Positions 19,305-27,847 of a DNA stretch of 64,000 nucleotides are shown here, one piece after another. Within the stretch, counting starts at the first letter, position 1. Every line of letters begins with the position of its first letter. The DNA comes from a virus. Its lineage: Duplodnaviria > Caudoviricetes. The notes under the pieces are model-generated. The model ran no database searches. It worked only from the letters and a program-made list of their open reading frames with translations, and was not told where the DNA came from. Location: IMG/VR virus record IMGVR_UViG_2791355419_000001, positions 1,323-65,322 of that record. One strand, 5' to 3'. A program made the position numbers and the translations under genes.

Positions 19305-19580
19305 GTGCACTACCAACTCCGCGCCGTAGACATCGCCCGCACCCTCACCGCCCGAGGCCACACCAACTCCCTGACCGGACCCACCTGGCGGCCCGGCCAC
19401 CGCTCCACCCAAGCCAGCCCCAAAACCGTCCGCCTCTGGCACGACGGCCTCGACGAAGCCGCCCACCTCGACCGATACGCCGCCGCGCTCCAGGCCGCGG
19501 GGTACACCGTCGCCGCCGAACGCCCGGCCGGGAAACGGCCATGCCTCCGGGTCACCAAGCAGACCAAGGAGCCGTCGTGA
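19305..19580 (+). CDS. Hypothetical phage protein
   Basis: AGGAG RBS; followed by coupled ORF 19577-19762. Confidence 0.6.
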   Translation: MHYQLRAVDIARTLTARGHTNSLTGPTWRPGHRSTQASPKTVRLWHDGLDEAAHLDRYAAALQAAGYTVAAERPAGKRPCLRVTKQTKEPS

Positions 19581-19758
19581 GCCGAACCCCGCTCCGCTGG
19601 ATCCCGGACGACGGAAGCGCCGCCATCCTCGCCGCCTACGCCCGCCGCCGGGAGCCGCTGCGGTCCGTCCTCCGCCGCGCCCTGATCCTCCTTGCCCAAG
19701 CCGACGGCATCCTCGATGGGCGTGGGCGCGTCCGCCAGCCCGGACCCGGGCGGACACC

Positions 19759-20025
19759 GTGAGAGGCCTGCCCGCCGACCGCCCGCTGGTCACGGCCCGT
19801 CGGCTCGAGGTCCTCCGCCTGGCCGCGAACGGCCACACCAACGCCGAGATCGCTCGGAAGCTGTTCATAGCCGAGGACTCGGTGAAGTCCCACATGCGGC
19901 TGGCCTACGAGCAGTTGGGCGCCCGCGACCGCACCCACGCCATCGCTGTCTGCCTAGTCCGCGGGCTCATCCACCCGCACGAGATCCAGCTCTGCCCGCC
20001 ACGCACGAAGGAGACCACCGCATGA
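19759..20025 (+). CDS. Stand-alone LuxR/GerE-type HTH regulator
   Basis: TARRLEVLRLAANGHTNAEIARKLFIAEDSVKSHM..LGARDRTHAIA. Confidence 0.85.
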   Translation: MRGLPADRPLVTARRLEVLRLAANGHTNAEIARKLFIAEDSVKSHMRLAYEQLGARDRTHAIAVCLVRGLIHPHEIQLCPPRTKETTA

Positions 20026-20582
20026 CCGCGCCGCCGACCACGGCCCGCAAGGACGCCGCCCTCCGCGACCTGCACGCCGCCCTCACCCGGATCCGCAACC
20101 TTGACCGCGTCCCGCCACAGGCCGACCCGGACAGCGACACCGGGCGGGCCTACGCGCAGGGCTGGCAGGCCGCACTCGCAGCCGTCGACACGGCGCTCCT
20201 CGACGTGCCCACGTGCCCGCAGGAGGCGCCAGACGGCCCCAGGAGCGGCCCGCAGGTCCCGAACCGGCATCCGGCGGCCCCGGAGGGGCGGAACGGCGCC
20301 CAGACGCACGCTCAGCGCTTCGGCGACGTCCAAGGCCGCTGCCCCGCCTGCGGAGGATCCAGCCTGTTCCTCGCCGAGGGTGGCTACATCACCTGCGCCC
20401 GCCTCGACTGCCCCAACCCCGACGTCGCCAGCCAGCTACTCGAACGGCAGCCGCTCGCCACCGGGGAGTGGCTGCGCACCGGCACCCGCGACCTGGCCAT
20501 CCCCGCCCACGACACCGGGCCCACCGTCCGCGAGTGCGCCGCCGATGATCGGCGGTGGCCGCTACAGAAGGAGGGCTCATGA
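20022..20582 (+). CDS. Hypothetical protein with zinc-binding motif
   Basis: VQGRCPACGGSSLFL..GYITCARLDCPNP; followed by small ORFs 20579-20767 and 20764-20880. Confidence 0.65.
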   Translation: MTAPPTTARKDAALRDLHAALTRIRNLDRVPPQADPDSDTGRAYAQGWQAALAAVDTALLDVPTCPQEAPDGPRSGPQVPNRHPAAPEGRNGAQTHAQRFGDVQGRCPACGGSSLFLAEGGYITCARLDCPNPDVASQLLERQPLATGEWLRTGTRDLAIPAHDTGPTVRECAADDRRWPLQKEGS

Positions 20583-20911
20583 GCAGCGAGGAACTCCCAC
20601 GGTTCGTCTACCTGCACTGCAGCCGCTGCAACGCATGGCTCACCATGTTCGGCCTGCCCAGCCAAACCGAACCCAAGCTCGAAGCAGCCGCACCCAACCA
20701 GGGATGGGTGCGGCGCGGCGACGGCAGCTGGCTGTGCGACGAACACGCACCGAAAGCCCAGCCATGACCTGGCGGCTCCTCGCCGCCACGCCCGCCGCCG
20801 GCCTGGCCGCCAACGCCGCGCTCGCCTGGCACGACTGGCGGGCACGGAAACGGCGGCGAAGACGCAGGCCAGCGCCATGACGACTCCGATTCGGCCGAGT
20901 GGGGCCCTTCG

Positions 20912-21382
20912 CTACGTGTTCCTCAGCGTGGAGGGATAGACCTCATGCCTCGGATCCCACCACACCACGTGGAAGACGTTCCCTTCCAGGAAGCCGTACA
21001 GACGCTGTAAGCCCGTGAACTCAAGGCGTTGGATCTTCGTCATGTCGTCCCGGCGTATCGCCGTCAAGCGATCCAGAGCGTCCTTGCACAGGCCGCCCGG
21101 GAGGTCGTACTCCTTGAACAGTCTGCGAGTGCCTCGAAGCTCTGACACCGTCATCGACTCGCAGTCCGCCAGCTTCCGCAGCACCTCGCACAGCACAGCC
21201 GGCTCCATGCCCTCGAAGCCCCACCGGCCGTCGTGATCGACGTGCGTAAAGCGCCAACACAGGCGATCCCCTGAGCTGTCCGAGCCAGGCAGCAGCGATG
21301 ATGGATTACCAGTCCGCTTACCGACCGCGACACCGCCAGGCGGCAGAGCCAGTTTCTTCTGCGCCTTCCCCCGCTTGCTCAC
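20912..21382 (-). CDS. Putative toxin (RelE-like) of Panacea TA pair
   Basis: RLYGFLEGNVFHVVWWDPRHEVYP C-terminus; directly downstream of DUF4065 gene; one in-frame TTA codon. Confidence 0.65.
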   Translation of the reverse strand: MSKRGKAQKKLALPPGGVAVGKRTGNPSSLLPGSDSSGDRLCWRFTHVDHDGRWGFEGMEPAVLCEVLRKLADCESMTVSELRGTRRLFKEYDLPGGLCKDALDRLTAIRRDDMTKIQRLEFTGLQRLYGFLEGNVFHVVWWDPRHEVYPSTLRNT

Positions 21383-21835
21383 TCAGTCCTCGCGGCCCAC
21401 AAGCGCGCCGAAGAAGTCGGCGATCTCCTCGTCCCGCAGTTCCTCGTTGCTGCGCTGCAGATCCGTCACGCCGGCCCGCTGCCGGGCATCCAGCCACGGC
21501 CCCGGCTGATGCGTCATCGCCGACAGTTCGTGGGCGTCGTAGGCGCGGAAGTTCTCGAGAACCACGTTCACCGAGTCGCGCTCGTCATCATCAAGCGCCG
21601 CCGGATCCCCAGCGATGTCGCCCTTGTCGAGGTTGAAGCGGCCCCGATGCTGGTCGTACAGCTCGTACACGACTGGCCCGTTCGCCCACGCCTCGAAGCG
21701 CTCCGGGAACAGCTGTCGGTCCTCCCACGCCAGGTGGTACCCGTAGGCGAAGTAGCACAGCTTCTGCAGCTTCATGGCGGACATCGGCGCTTCCTTGGCC
21801 AGTATGTAAGCCGCCACATCCCGCACGGTTGCCAT
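21383..21835 (-). CDS. Panacea (DUF4065/SocA-GepA) antitoxin
   Basis: MKLQKLCYF...FEAWANGPVVYELY...LSAMTHQPGPW signature. Confidence 0.9.
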   Translation of the reverse strand: MATVRDVAAYILAKEAPMSAMKLQKLCYFAYGYHLAWEDRQLFPERFEAWANGPVVYELYDQHRGRFNLDKGDIAGDPAALDDDERDSVNVVLENFRAYDAHELSAMTHQPGPWLDARQRAGVTDLQRSNEELRDEEIADFFGALVGRED

Positions 21836-22059
21836 GATCAGTGTCCCCTCTTGCGCCTGCCCTCACCGTAGATGAGTCGCCCCCAGCTGCAACTCGTCGG
21901 GTCCACGGGCATGCAGGCGCATCCCCCAGAAAGACCAGCGTAACGGTGGTCTGCGACAGCCCGGAAGTGGGCGGGTGAAGGTCTGGACAGCGCGTGACTA
22001 ATCGAACGAACGTGTGGACGAGTGGGGAGTTTGACCAGCCAGACGGGCCGACCGTCCAG

Positions 22060-22446
22060 CTACCCCACGTCCGGCAGCTCGACCTCCGCCAGCACCGGCG
22101 CAGTCTCCCCAGCCGCGTGCCGCTGCGCCTTACGGGCGTTCTCCTCCCGCATCGCCGTCAACCACGGCCACAAGTCTGGTAGCTGCTGCCCCGCACACGC
22201 CAACCGATGCTCGATCCGGCAACGCTGCTGTGGGTCCGGCGGGCACACCGCGTACACCGTCACCCGACCGTCGGACAGTTCGATCCACCGGTACTCGGCC
22301 GGCACCACGTGCGCCGGCGGGTTCACGTCCGGCTCCAGCAGCACCCAGTCATGCTCCAACGTCGGCACCCGGTCCTGCGGCAACCCGCAAAACGGGCACG
22401 CGTACTGTCCGCCACCAAGCCGCGGCACTTTCCCATTTGCCCCCAT
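22060..22446 (-). CDS. DUF6083-like zinc-binding protein
   Basis: CPFCGLPQDRVPT..WVLLEP...RW...CRIEHRLAC. Confidence 0.7.
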   Translation of the reverse strand: MGANGKVPRLGGGQYACPFCGLPQDRVPTLEHDWVLLEPDVNPPAHVVPAEYRWIELSDGRVTVYAVCPPDPQQRCRIEHRLACAGQQLPDLWPWLTAMREENARKAQRHAAGETAPVLAEVELPDVG

Positions 22447-22646
22447 ACCGTGAGCGTGAGGCCCGACCAGGCCCGGCACACCCCAGCATCCGGACGGGAA
22501 CCCTGCGCCACCAAAGGCACGCGACGGCAGCCGAGACGACACGGAGACTCCGCAGCCCCAGACGCCACAGTGGCAGCGGCCAGACAGGCGCTGTAGACAG
22601 AGCAGCGCCCCCACCCCATCTGGGGCGGGGGCGTTTTGCTGTACGA

Positions 22647-22820
22647 CTACTCGTTCGGCACGCCCGGCTCCGGCAAGTCCGCCCACAACCGCGCCGCGAT
22701 CAGTTCCGCCTCCTCCTGCGACGTGCCCGCCTTCACCAAAATGAACCCGTGGGAACCGTCCGGGAAGGCGACCTCCCGCATCTCTGTACCCAACGGGCCA
22801 GGCGACGGCTCCTCCGACAT
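22647..22820 (-). CDS. Small hypothetical protein
   Basis: GAGAGGGG RBS; flanked by hairpins at ~22604-22637 and ~22859-22890. Confidence 0.5.
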   Translation of the reverse strand: MSEEPSPGPLGTEMREVAFPDGSHGFILVKAGTSQEEAELIAARLWADLPEPGVPNE

Positions 22821-22903
22821 GACGGCCCCTCTCATCGACGAAACCGTCACGCTAACGAGCAGCGCCCCCGCACGGAAGCGGGGGCGCTGCGGCGTTCGGG
22901 TGA

Positions 22904-23200
22904 TCAGAGCTCCGTCAACTGGTACGGCTCCGGCAGCGGCGGCATCGGAACCCGCAACGCCGCACCCAGCATCGCGCGGGCGATCATCTCCCGCTCCGCA
23001 GCCGGCTGGCCCCGCCGCATCGCGAACAGCATGGTTCCGTCCCTCCGCACATACGTGCCGCCCGTGAAGCCGGGGTCCTCGATCGGCAGCTCCGACACGT
23101 CGACACGGAACTCGGCGAGAAGACTGTTGAGCGGGGCGTCCATCAGATGGTCGACGGTCGGGACGGGACGCGGGGGCGCGGGGCATGTACTCTGCTGCAT
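22904..23200 (-). CDS. Hypothetical protein
   Basis: AAAGGA RBS, 98 aa. Confidence 0.65.
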   Translation of the reverse strand: MQQSTCPAPPRPVPTVDHLMDAPLNSLLAEFRVDVSELPIEDPGFTGGTYVRRDGTMLFAMRRGQPAAEREMIARAMLGAALRVPMPPLPEPYQLTEL

Positions 23201-23294
23201 GAGCAGTCCTTTCGTGATGGTTGGGATTCGCTGATCAGCGGCTGGCACCGCTGGTGATGAACAGGCCCGGTGTTAGCGCACCGGGCCGTTCGCG

Positions 23295-23792
23295 TTACTG
23301 GGCTAGGGACGGGCTCTTCGGTGCGGCGATGTATCGGTAGTTCCCCCGCTTGCAGACCGTTCCCGGCGGGAGGGCGTCCAGCGCCATCGCCACGCTCATC
23401 GCAGAAACGCCGTATCGGCGGCCAAGGTGGGTGATGCGGATCATTTCGCCCGGCTGCAAGGTTCCGTTGTCGAGATCGCGGCGCAGCTCCTCGGCAGCAT
23501 GGCCCCTTTCCGTCGTGTCGTCGTACTTGCCCTGCGTGTAGCTCCCGTCGGGATGCCATACGCCGTTGTACAGAGGCGACTCGTTCTCCATGGCGGCTAG
23601 CTCGGCGGCGCGCGCTTCCGGCCGGGATGGAAACCACTCGACGCGGTTACCTGAGACAAGGTGCCACCAGGTTTTTTCCCACTCGTGCATCCGCCAGCGC
23701 TTGTGTACATCCTTGGCTATCCCGACGTAAAGCAGCACCCCGTCGGCGTCGAAGAGGCGGTAAAACGCGGTGCGCTCGGGTGATTCGGGCAT
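23295..23792 (-). CDS. GIY-YIG nuclease-like domain fused to GntR-like winged HTH
   Basis: FYRLFD..LLYVGIA..KRW..H...AE...PLYN then AEELRRDL..G..QPGE...LGRRYGVSAMSV. Confidence 0.7.
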   Translation of the reverse strand: MPESPERTAFYRLFDADGVLLYVGIAKDVHKRWRMHEWEKTWWHLVSGNRVEWFPSRPEARAAELAAMENESPLYNGVWHPDGSYTQGKYDDTTERGHAAEELRRDLDNGTLQPGEMIRITHLGRRYGVSAMSVAMALDALPPGTVCKRGNYRYIAAPKSPSLAQ

Positions 23793-23892
23793 GCCGCTCC
23801 TAACTGAGCGTGTGGCGTGAGCCACTCTCGGAAGCGACTGTAAGAGGTTTATTGAGAGGTTCGCAACCCTCTCGTTCGCCAGCAGACGCAAC

Positions 23893-23921
23893 AAAGCCCC
23901 GACGTCCGTCGCGTCGGGGCT
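23893..23921 (-). terminator. Terminator hairpin after GntR regulator
   Basis: AGCCCCGACG...CGTCGGGGCT with T-tract on minus strand. Confidence 0.55.
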
Positions 23922-23935
23922 AGCGGGCCCGCTGG

Positions 23936-24697
23936 TCAGAACTCGTATTCGAGCTCGTAGAGATGGCCCGCCTTGGCCATGATCTCCGCCTGGATCGGCC
24001 TATCGTCCACGCTGTACGTCACGCGGAACTGGCGGAGGACCGGCAGCTTCGTCGGCATCCTCAACGCCTTCGCCTGCTCCGGCGTCGGCCACCGCGCTGC
24101 CACCTTGTCAACGCAACGCAACGGCGGCAGGCCGGCCTCCAACAGGACTCGACCCACGCCACCCCGGATCTTCCGATTCTCGGCGATAGGCGTCCCTCGG
24201 GCCAGGTCGAGCGGAATGTACACCTCGACCAACTCGCAAGGCTGATCGTCCAGGTAGAGCACCTGGCGGCGCATCTGCGCCTTCTCGTCCTCGGCGAGGC
24301 CGAAGGCGTCCCGGATAGCGGCGGGCGGCACGACCTCTTCGACCGCGAGTAGATCGCTCTTGCCTGCCAGCCCCTTCTGCTCGGCGGCAGCGATCCACTG
24401 GTACTTCCCGCCGTCGCCAGGAGGGTTCTTGTAGCTCGCCGGCTCCATCGTGCGCTGCCGATGCTGCCGGGCGTACACGCCAGCACCCCGCCTTGTGTAG
24501 GCGAGTCCCTCCTTCTCGAGCATGGTGACCGCGTTGCGGATCGTCTGTGCGGCGGCACCGAAAAGATCGGTCAGCTGACGGCTGGACGGAAGTTTCTCGC
24601 CAGGAGGGAAGTCGCCGTTGAGGATGCCGTCTCTGAGGTATGCGGCGATCTGGTCCTGAACGGGCCAGACGCTCTCTTCCTCGAACTCTTCTGTCAC
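23936..24697 (-). CDS. GntR/HutC-family repressor (KorA/TraR/KorSA-like)
   Basis: N-terminal QIAAYLRDGILNGDFPPGEKLPS wHTH and C-terminal UTRA; divergent from transfer operon. Confidence 0.88.
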   Translation of the reverse strand: MTEEFEEESVWPVQDQIAAYLRDGILNGDFPPGEKLPSSRQLTDLFGAAAQTIRNAVTMLEKEGLAYTRRGAGVYARQHRQRTMEPASYKNPPGDGGKYQWIAAAEQKGLAGKSDLLAVEEVVPPAAIRDAFGLAEDEKAQMRRQVLYLDDQPCELVEVYIPLDLARGTPIAENRKIRGGVGRVLLEAGLPPLRCVDKVAARWPTPEQAKALRMPTKLPVLRQFRVTYSVDDRPIQAEIMAKAGHLYELEYEF

Positions 24698-24698
24698 G

Positions 24699-25232
24699 TC
24701 AGTGGGCCTTCATTGAGTAGTGGAGCCGTCCAATGCGGCCGGGGCTGACCATGACGGACACCTCGTATGGGTGGCCGCCGCTGGAGATGACGCGAGTGAG
24801 GCAGAGGATCCACTCGTGGTTGTCGGCGAGTTGCAGAGCCTCGGCTTCCTCTCGCGTCGGCGGCCTCGTCGTGACGTACTCCTGGACCGACTCGGGCTTG
24901 TAGCCCAGCGAGGCGAGCAGGGATACGGCGCCGCCGCGTATCCGCCCCTTCTGTGCCAGTGCTGTCTGCGCGGCGAAGCTGGCTGGCCAGTAGGAGTTGG
25001 CCAACTCGATGGGGCGGCTGTCCAGCGAGATTAGGCGCTGCCTCAGGATGACGGGTGTGCCGGGAGTCAGGCCGAGGTGGGCCGCCACTTCCTGCGGGGC
25101 GCTGGCTTGCTCTGCTCGCAGGATCCGCTGGGTGCCAGTGCGCCCCTGAGCTGCTGCCTCTTTACCCCACACGTCACCCTGGCCGCTTTCTAGGTAGGGC
25201 GCTGACGACCCAGTCCAGTGCGTTTCTGTCAC
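24699..25232 (-). CDS. UTRA-only protein (no HTH)
   Basis: GGAGGAG RBS; VILRQRLISLDSRPIELANSYWP...RIRGG...RPPTREEAEALQL aligns with UTRA of neighbour. Confidence 0.8.
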   Translation of the reverse strand: MTETHWTGSSAPYLESGQGDVWGKEAAAQGRTGTQRILRAEQASAPQEVAAHLGLTPGTPVILRQRLISLDSRPIELANSYWPASFAAQTALAQKGRIRGGAVSLLASLGYKPESVQEYVTTRPPTREEAEALQLADNHEWILCLTRVISSGGHPYEVSVMVSPGRIGRLHYSMKAH

Positions 25233-25352
25233 TCGCGACTCCTCCAGTTCACAAGGTCTCTTGAGCCATCCATCAGTTTCTCCACCATAAGGCCAGTTCA
25301 CGAGGGGCGGCGGAGCATACGAGAGCGGTTCGGGCGGGCGAGACGATTGCAG

Positions 25353-25382
25353 CTTCTCAAGAATGCACCTACAGTTGAGAAG
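25353..25382. promoter_or_regulatory. Candidate operator in divergent kor/tra intergenic region
   Basis: Inverted repeat CTTCTCAA-N14-TTGAGAAG. Confidence 0.45.
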
Positions 25383-25417
25383 TCAGCTCAACCCCAACTC
25401 CTGGATTGGAGAGCCCG

Positions 25418-25648
25418 ATGCTGCCTGCGGATCAGGAGCTGCTCACCGTGCGAGAGGCCGCAGTGCTGCTGCGGATCTCCAAGCCGACGGTCTACCGCTG
25501 GATCGACAACGGCGACCTGCCGGCCATCCGCTACGGACAGCCGCGAGCCGAAGGCGACCCGAGGCGCGGGGGAGCGATCCGAATCCCGAGGGACGTCGTC
25601 ATGGCGCTCCGCGAGACCACAAACCCGTCCACCGAGGAGGCGGCATGA
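25418..25648 (+). CDS. Excisionase-like (HTH_17) protein
   Basis: LLTVREAAVLLRISKPTVYRWIDNGDLPAIR...IRIP. Confidence 0.85.
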   Translation: MLPADQELLTVREAAVLLRISKPTVYRWIDNGDLPAIRYGQPRAEGDPRRGGAIRIPRDVVMALRETTNPSTEEAA

Positions 25649-25842
25649 CCACCGCGACCCCTACCTACCCCGTCCTCACCTTCGCCGACGCTGTGGCCGA
25701 CTGCCCCGAGCACCGCGCGCAGCACGAGGAGGCCGAGGCGCGCTACGCCAAGGACCTCGCCGAGTACGGTGCCTCCATTCAGATCCGCGACCGCCGCCAG
25801 CTCGGACTGCACATCGCGCCCGTCAAGGCGGTGACGGCATGA
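25645..25842 (+). CDS. Hypothetical protein
   Basis: ATGA-coupled, GAGGAGG RBS. Confidence 0.65.
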   Translation: MTTATPTYPVLTFADAVADCPEHRAQHEEAEARYAKDLAEYGASIQIRDRRQLGLHIAPVKAVTA

Positions 25843-26315
25843 CCACCGCAACCCCTCCCCCCACCCCCACTGCCCCGCTTCCGCCGGCTGCTGTGTCGGT
25901 GCTGCACCGTCTGGAGCGCGCGTTCCTGCCGCTGGACCTGGTCCGTGCAGTGACCCGCTACGAGGTGGCGACGGCTCGTAAGGCGGAGCTGGAGGCGAAG
26001 CCGACGCGTGAGTGGTCGGGTACCGACTTCGACTCTTGGGTCGACTGTGAGCGCACGATCCTCGATTCGGTGATGGTGCTCGTCGCGGCTGGGCGTATGG
26101 ACCTGCTTGAGACCCCTGTCGACCCGGTGATTCGTGCGGCAGCGGACTTCCGTAAGGCCGCTCTTCGTGCGGCGGCCCTTTCGAACGAGGCGCTGAGCCC
26201 CAACATGGCGGACCTGGACGCGGACTCCCTGGCTGCCGCCGAGGATCTGATGGCCGGCGCCCGCGCGACGCTCGCTGCTGCCGGAATGCTGCACCTGATC
26301 GGCGGTGGCGTCTGA
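25839..26315 (+). CDS. Hypothetical protein with internal duplicated helical domain
   Basis: Two repeats ending LVAAGRMDLL and LAAAGMLHLI. Confidence 0.7.
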   Translation: MTTATPPPTPTAPLPPAAVSVLHRLERAFLPLDLVRAVTRYEVATARKAELEAKPTREWSGTDFDSWVDCERTILDSVMVLVAAGRMDLLETPVDPVIRAAADFRKAALRAAALSNEALSPNMADLDADSLAAAEDLMAGARATLAAAGMLHLIGGGV

Positions 26316-26599
26316 TGGCCCGCCGGTTCAAGGACATGCAGACGGAGGAGCAGCGGTACGCGGCTCGTCAGGCGCCGGCGCTTCGGCATATGGCCTACCA
26401 GGCCGAGCAGGAATCCGAGCGGCAGCAGATGACCGCTGACGTGTACGGCCGTCAGGGCCGGGACTACTCGGATCCGGCGAAGGCGTCCCGTGCACAGCGT
26501 GAGGCGGACCGGCTGCGCGACCGAGGCAAGGGCCTGCGGGAGACCGCGAACCGCGCCGAGGCCGAGGCGACGCCGAAGAAGAAGCGGCGGTGGTTCTGA
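26315..26599 (+). CDS. Small coiled-coil protein with basic/aromatic tail
   Basis: Coupled ORF ending KKKRRWF. Confidence 0.7.
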   Translation: MARRFKDMQTEEQRYAARQAPALRHMAYQAEQESERQQMTADVYGRQGRDYSDPAKASRAQREADRLRDRGKGLRETANRAEAEATPKKKRRWF

Positions 26600-26760
26600 T
26601 GGCCCGCGAGGTGTACGACAGCTTCCCGGCCGGCGCCCCGCGTGGTTCGTGGCCGGCGGAGGAGAAGGCGCAGCAGCTCCGCGAGTCCGGAACCCCCGCC
26701 ACGGTCGTGATGGACCTGGACGGCGACCGGTTCCTCGTCGTCGAGGAGGTGGCCCGGTGA
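26599..26760 (+). CDS. Hypothetical protein (53 aa, not in ORF track)
   Basis: TGATG-coupled; MAREVYDSFPAG... Confidence 0.6.
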   Translation: MAREVYDSFPAGAPRGSWPAEEKAQQLRESGTPATVVMDLDGDRFLVVEEVAR

Positions 26761-27098
26761 GCACCTCTGAGATCTACAAGCTGCGTTGGCAGCGTGACGC
26801 GCATCGTGCGCTCGGCGAGTTCCTTCAGGTCAACGGGATGCCCGTGATCTCGTGGACGATCGCTATCTCGGGCGCGCTGGTCGGGGATGTCGATTCGCTG
26901 ACGTCGACGCCGGGCGAGATGCGGGCCGCGTTCGAGGCGTGGGTCCGGCAGCTCAACGCGGCTGTGTGGCCGGAGCGGATCGACTCGGACGGCACGGTCC
27001 ATCTGCACGCCAAGTTCGCGTGGGTGCAGAACCCGGATGTTCGCGGTGCGATCCGCGCCACGATCGCCCCGCCGACGTGCGAGGACGGCGCGTCGTGA
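26757..27098 (+). CDS. Hypothetical protein
   Basis: GAGGAGG RBS, GTGA-coupled. Confidence 0.65.
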   Translation: MSTSEIYKLRWQRDAHRALGEFLQVNGMPVISWTIAISGALVGDVDSLTSTPGEMRAAFEAWVRQLNAAVWPERIDSDGTVHLHAKFAWVQNPDVRGAIRATIAPPTCEDGAS

Positions 27099-27279
27099 CC
27101 GACTCCGAGCGTGCCGAGCTGTCCCGGAAGGTCGCCGAGGCCAACCGGCGGTCCGAGTCCCGGCCGAAGCCCTAACCCCCTAGACCGCCGCGGGCGGGTC
27201 GACCCCCTGTCCCCGCCCGCGGTGCCCGCCCCGTACCACCCCACTGTTCCTGTGACCTTGAAAGGGTCTGTGATCCCCC

Positions 27280-27510
27280 ATGTCTCCGTACCTGTTCTCC
27301 GCCGACTTCGGCGTCACCGTGTTCGGCCGGAAGGCCCGCGCCGCTACGACGGTGGCCGAGGCGACCGTGCTGTCCATCAGCGACCTGTTCGGCGAGTACG
27401 CCAAGGCCCGCGCTGCCGGCGACCTGGCCCGGATGCGGCAGATCCGTGAGATCGCCGACGCGGAGCTGCTGGCCGAGCTCGACGGTTTCGACTACCCGGC
27501 CGCCGCCTGA
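27280..27510 (+). CDS. Hypothetical protein
   Basis: GC3-rich ORF after hairpin. Confidence 0.7.
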   Translation: MSPYLFSADFGVTVFGRKARAATTVAEATVLSISDLFGEYAKARAAGDLARMRQIREIADAELLAELDGFDYPAAA

Positions 27511-27595
27511 CCGGCTGCCCGATCCGCCCGTCTCGCACGGGCGGTGAGGGGAACCGCTCAGCGTTCCACCACCCAACCCCGAGAGGAGCCCGACC

Positions 27596-27799
27596 GTGGG
27601 CCTGTTCAAGAAGACCGCCGAGGAGAAGGCCGCCGTCGCCGAGATGAAGGCGGCCGACCGTCGGCTGAACGACAACAGCGACCGTGAGTTCAAGGCCGGG
27701 ATCCGTCACGAGACGCCCAAGTATCAGGAGCTCAACGCCAAGGCCAACGAGGCCGCCGCGAAGGTGTCGTTCTGGCACGGCGGCACCAAGCGCCGCTGA
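27596..27799 (+). CDS. Small helical protein
   Basis: GAGGAG RBS; MGLFKKT...; flanked by 21-bp direct repeats. Confidence 0.7.
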   Translation: MGLFKKTAEEKAAVAEMKAADRRLNDNSDREFKAGIRHETPKYQELNAKANEAAAKVSFWHGGTKRR

Positions 27800-27847
27800 C
27801 CGGCTGCCCGATCCGCTGGCTCCACGCCGGCAACGAGAGGAGGAATC

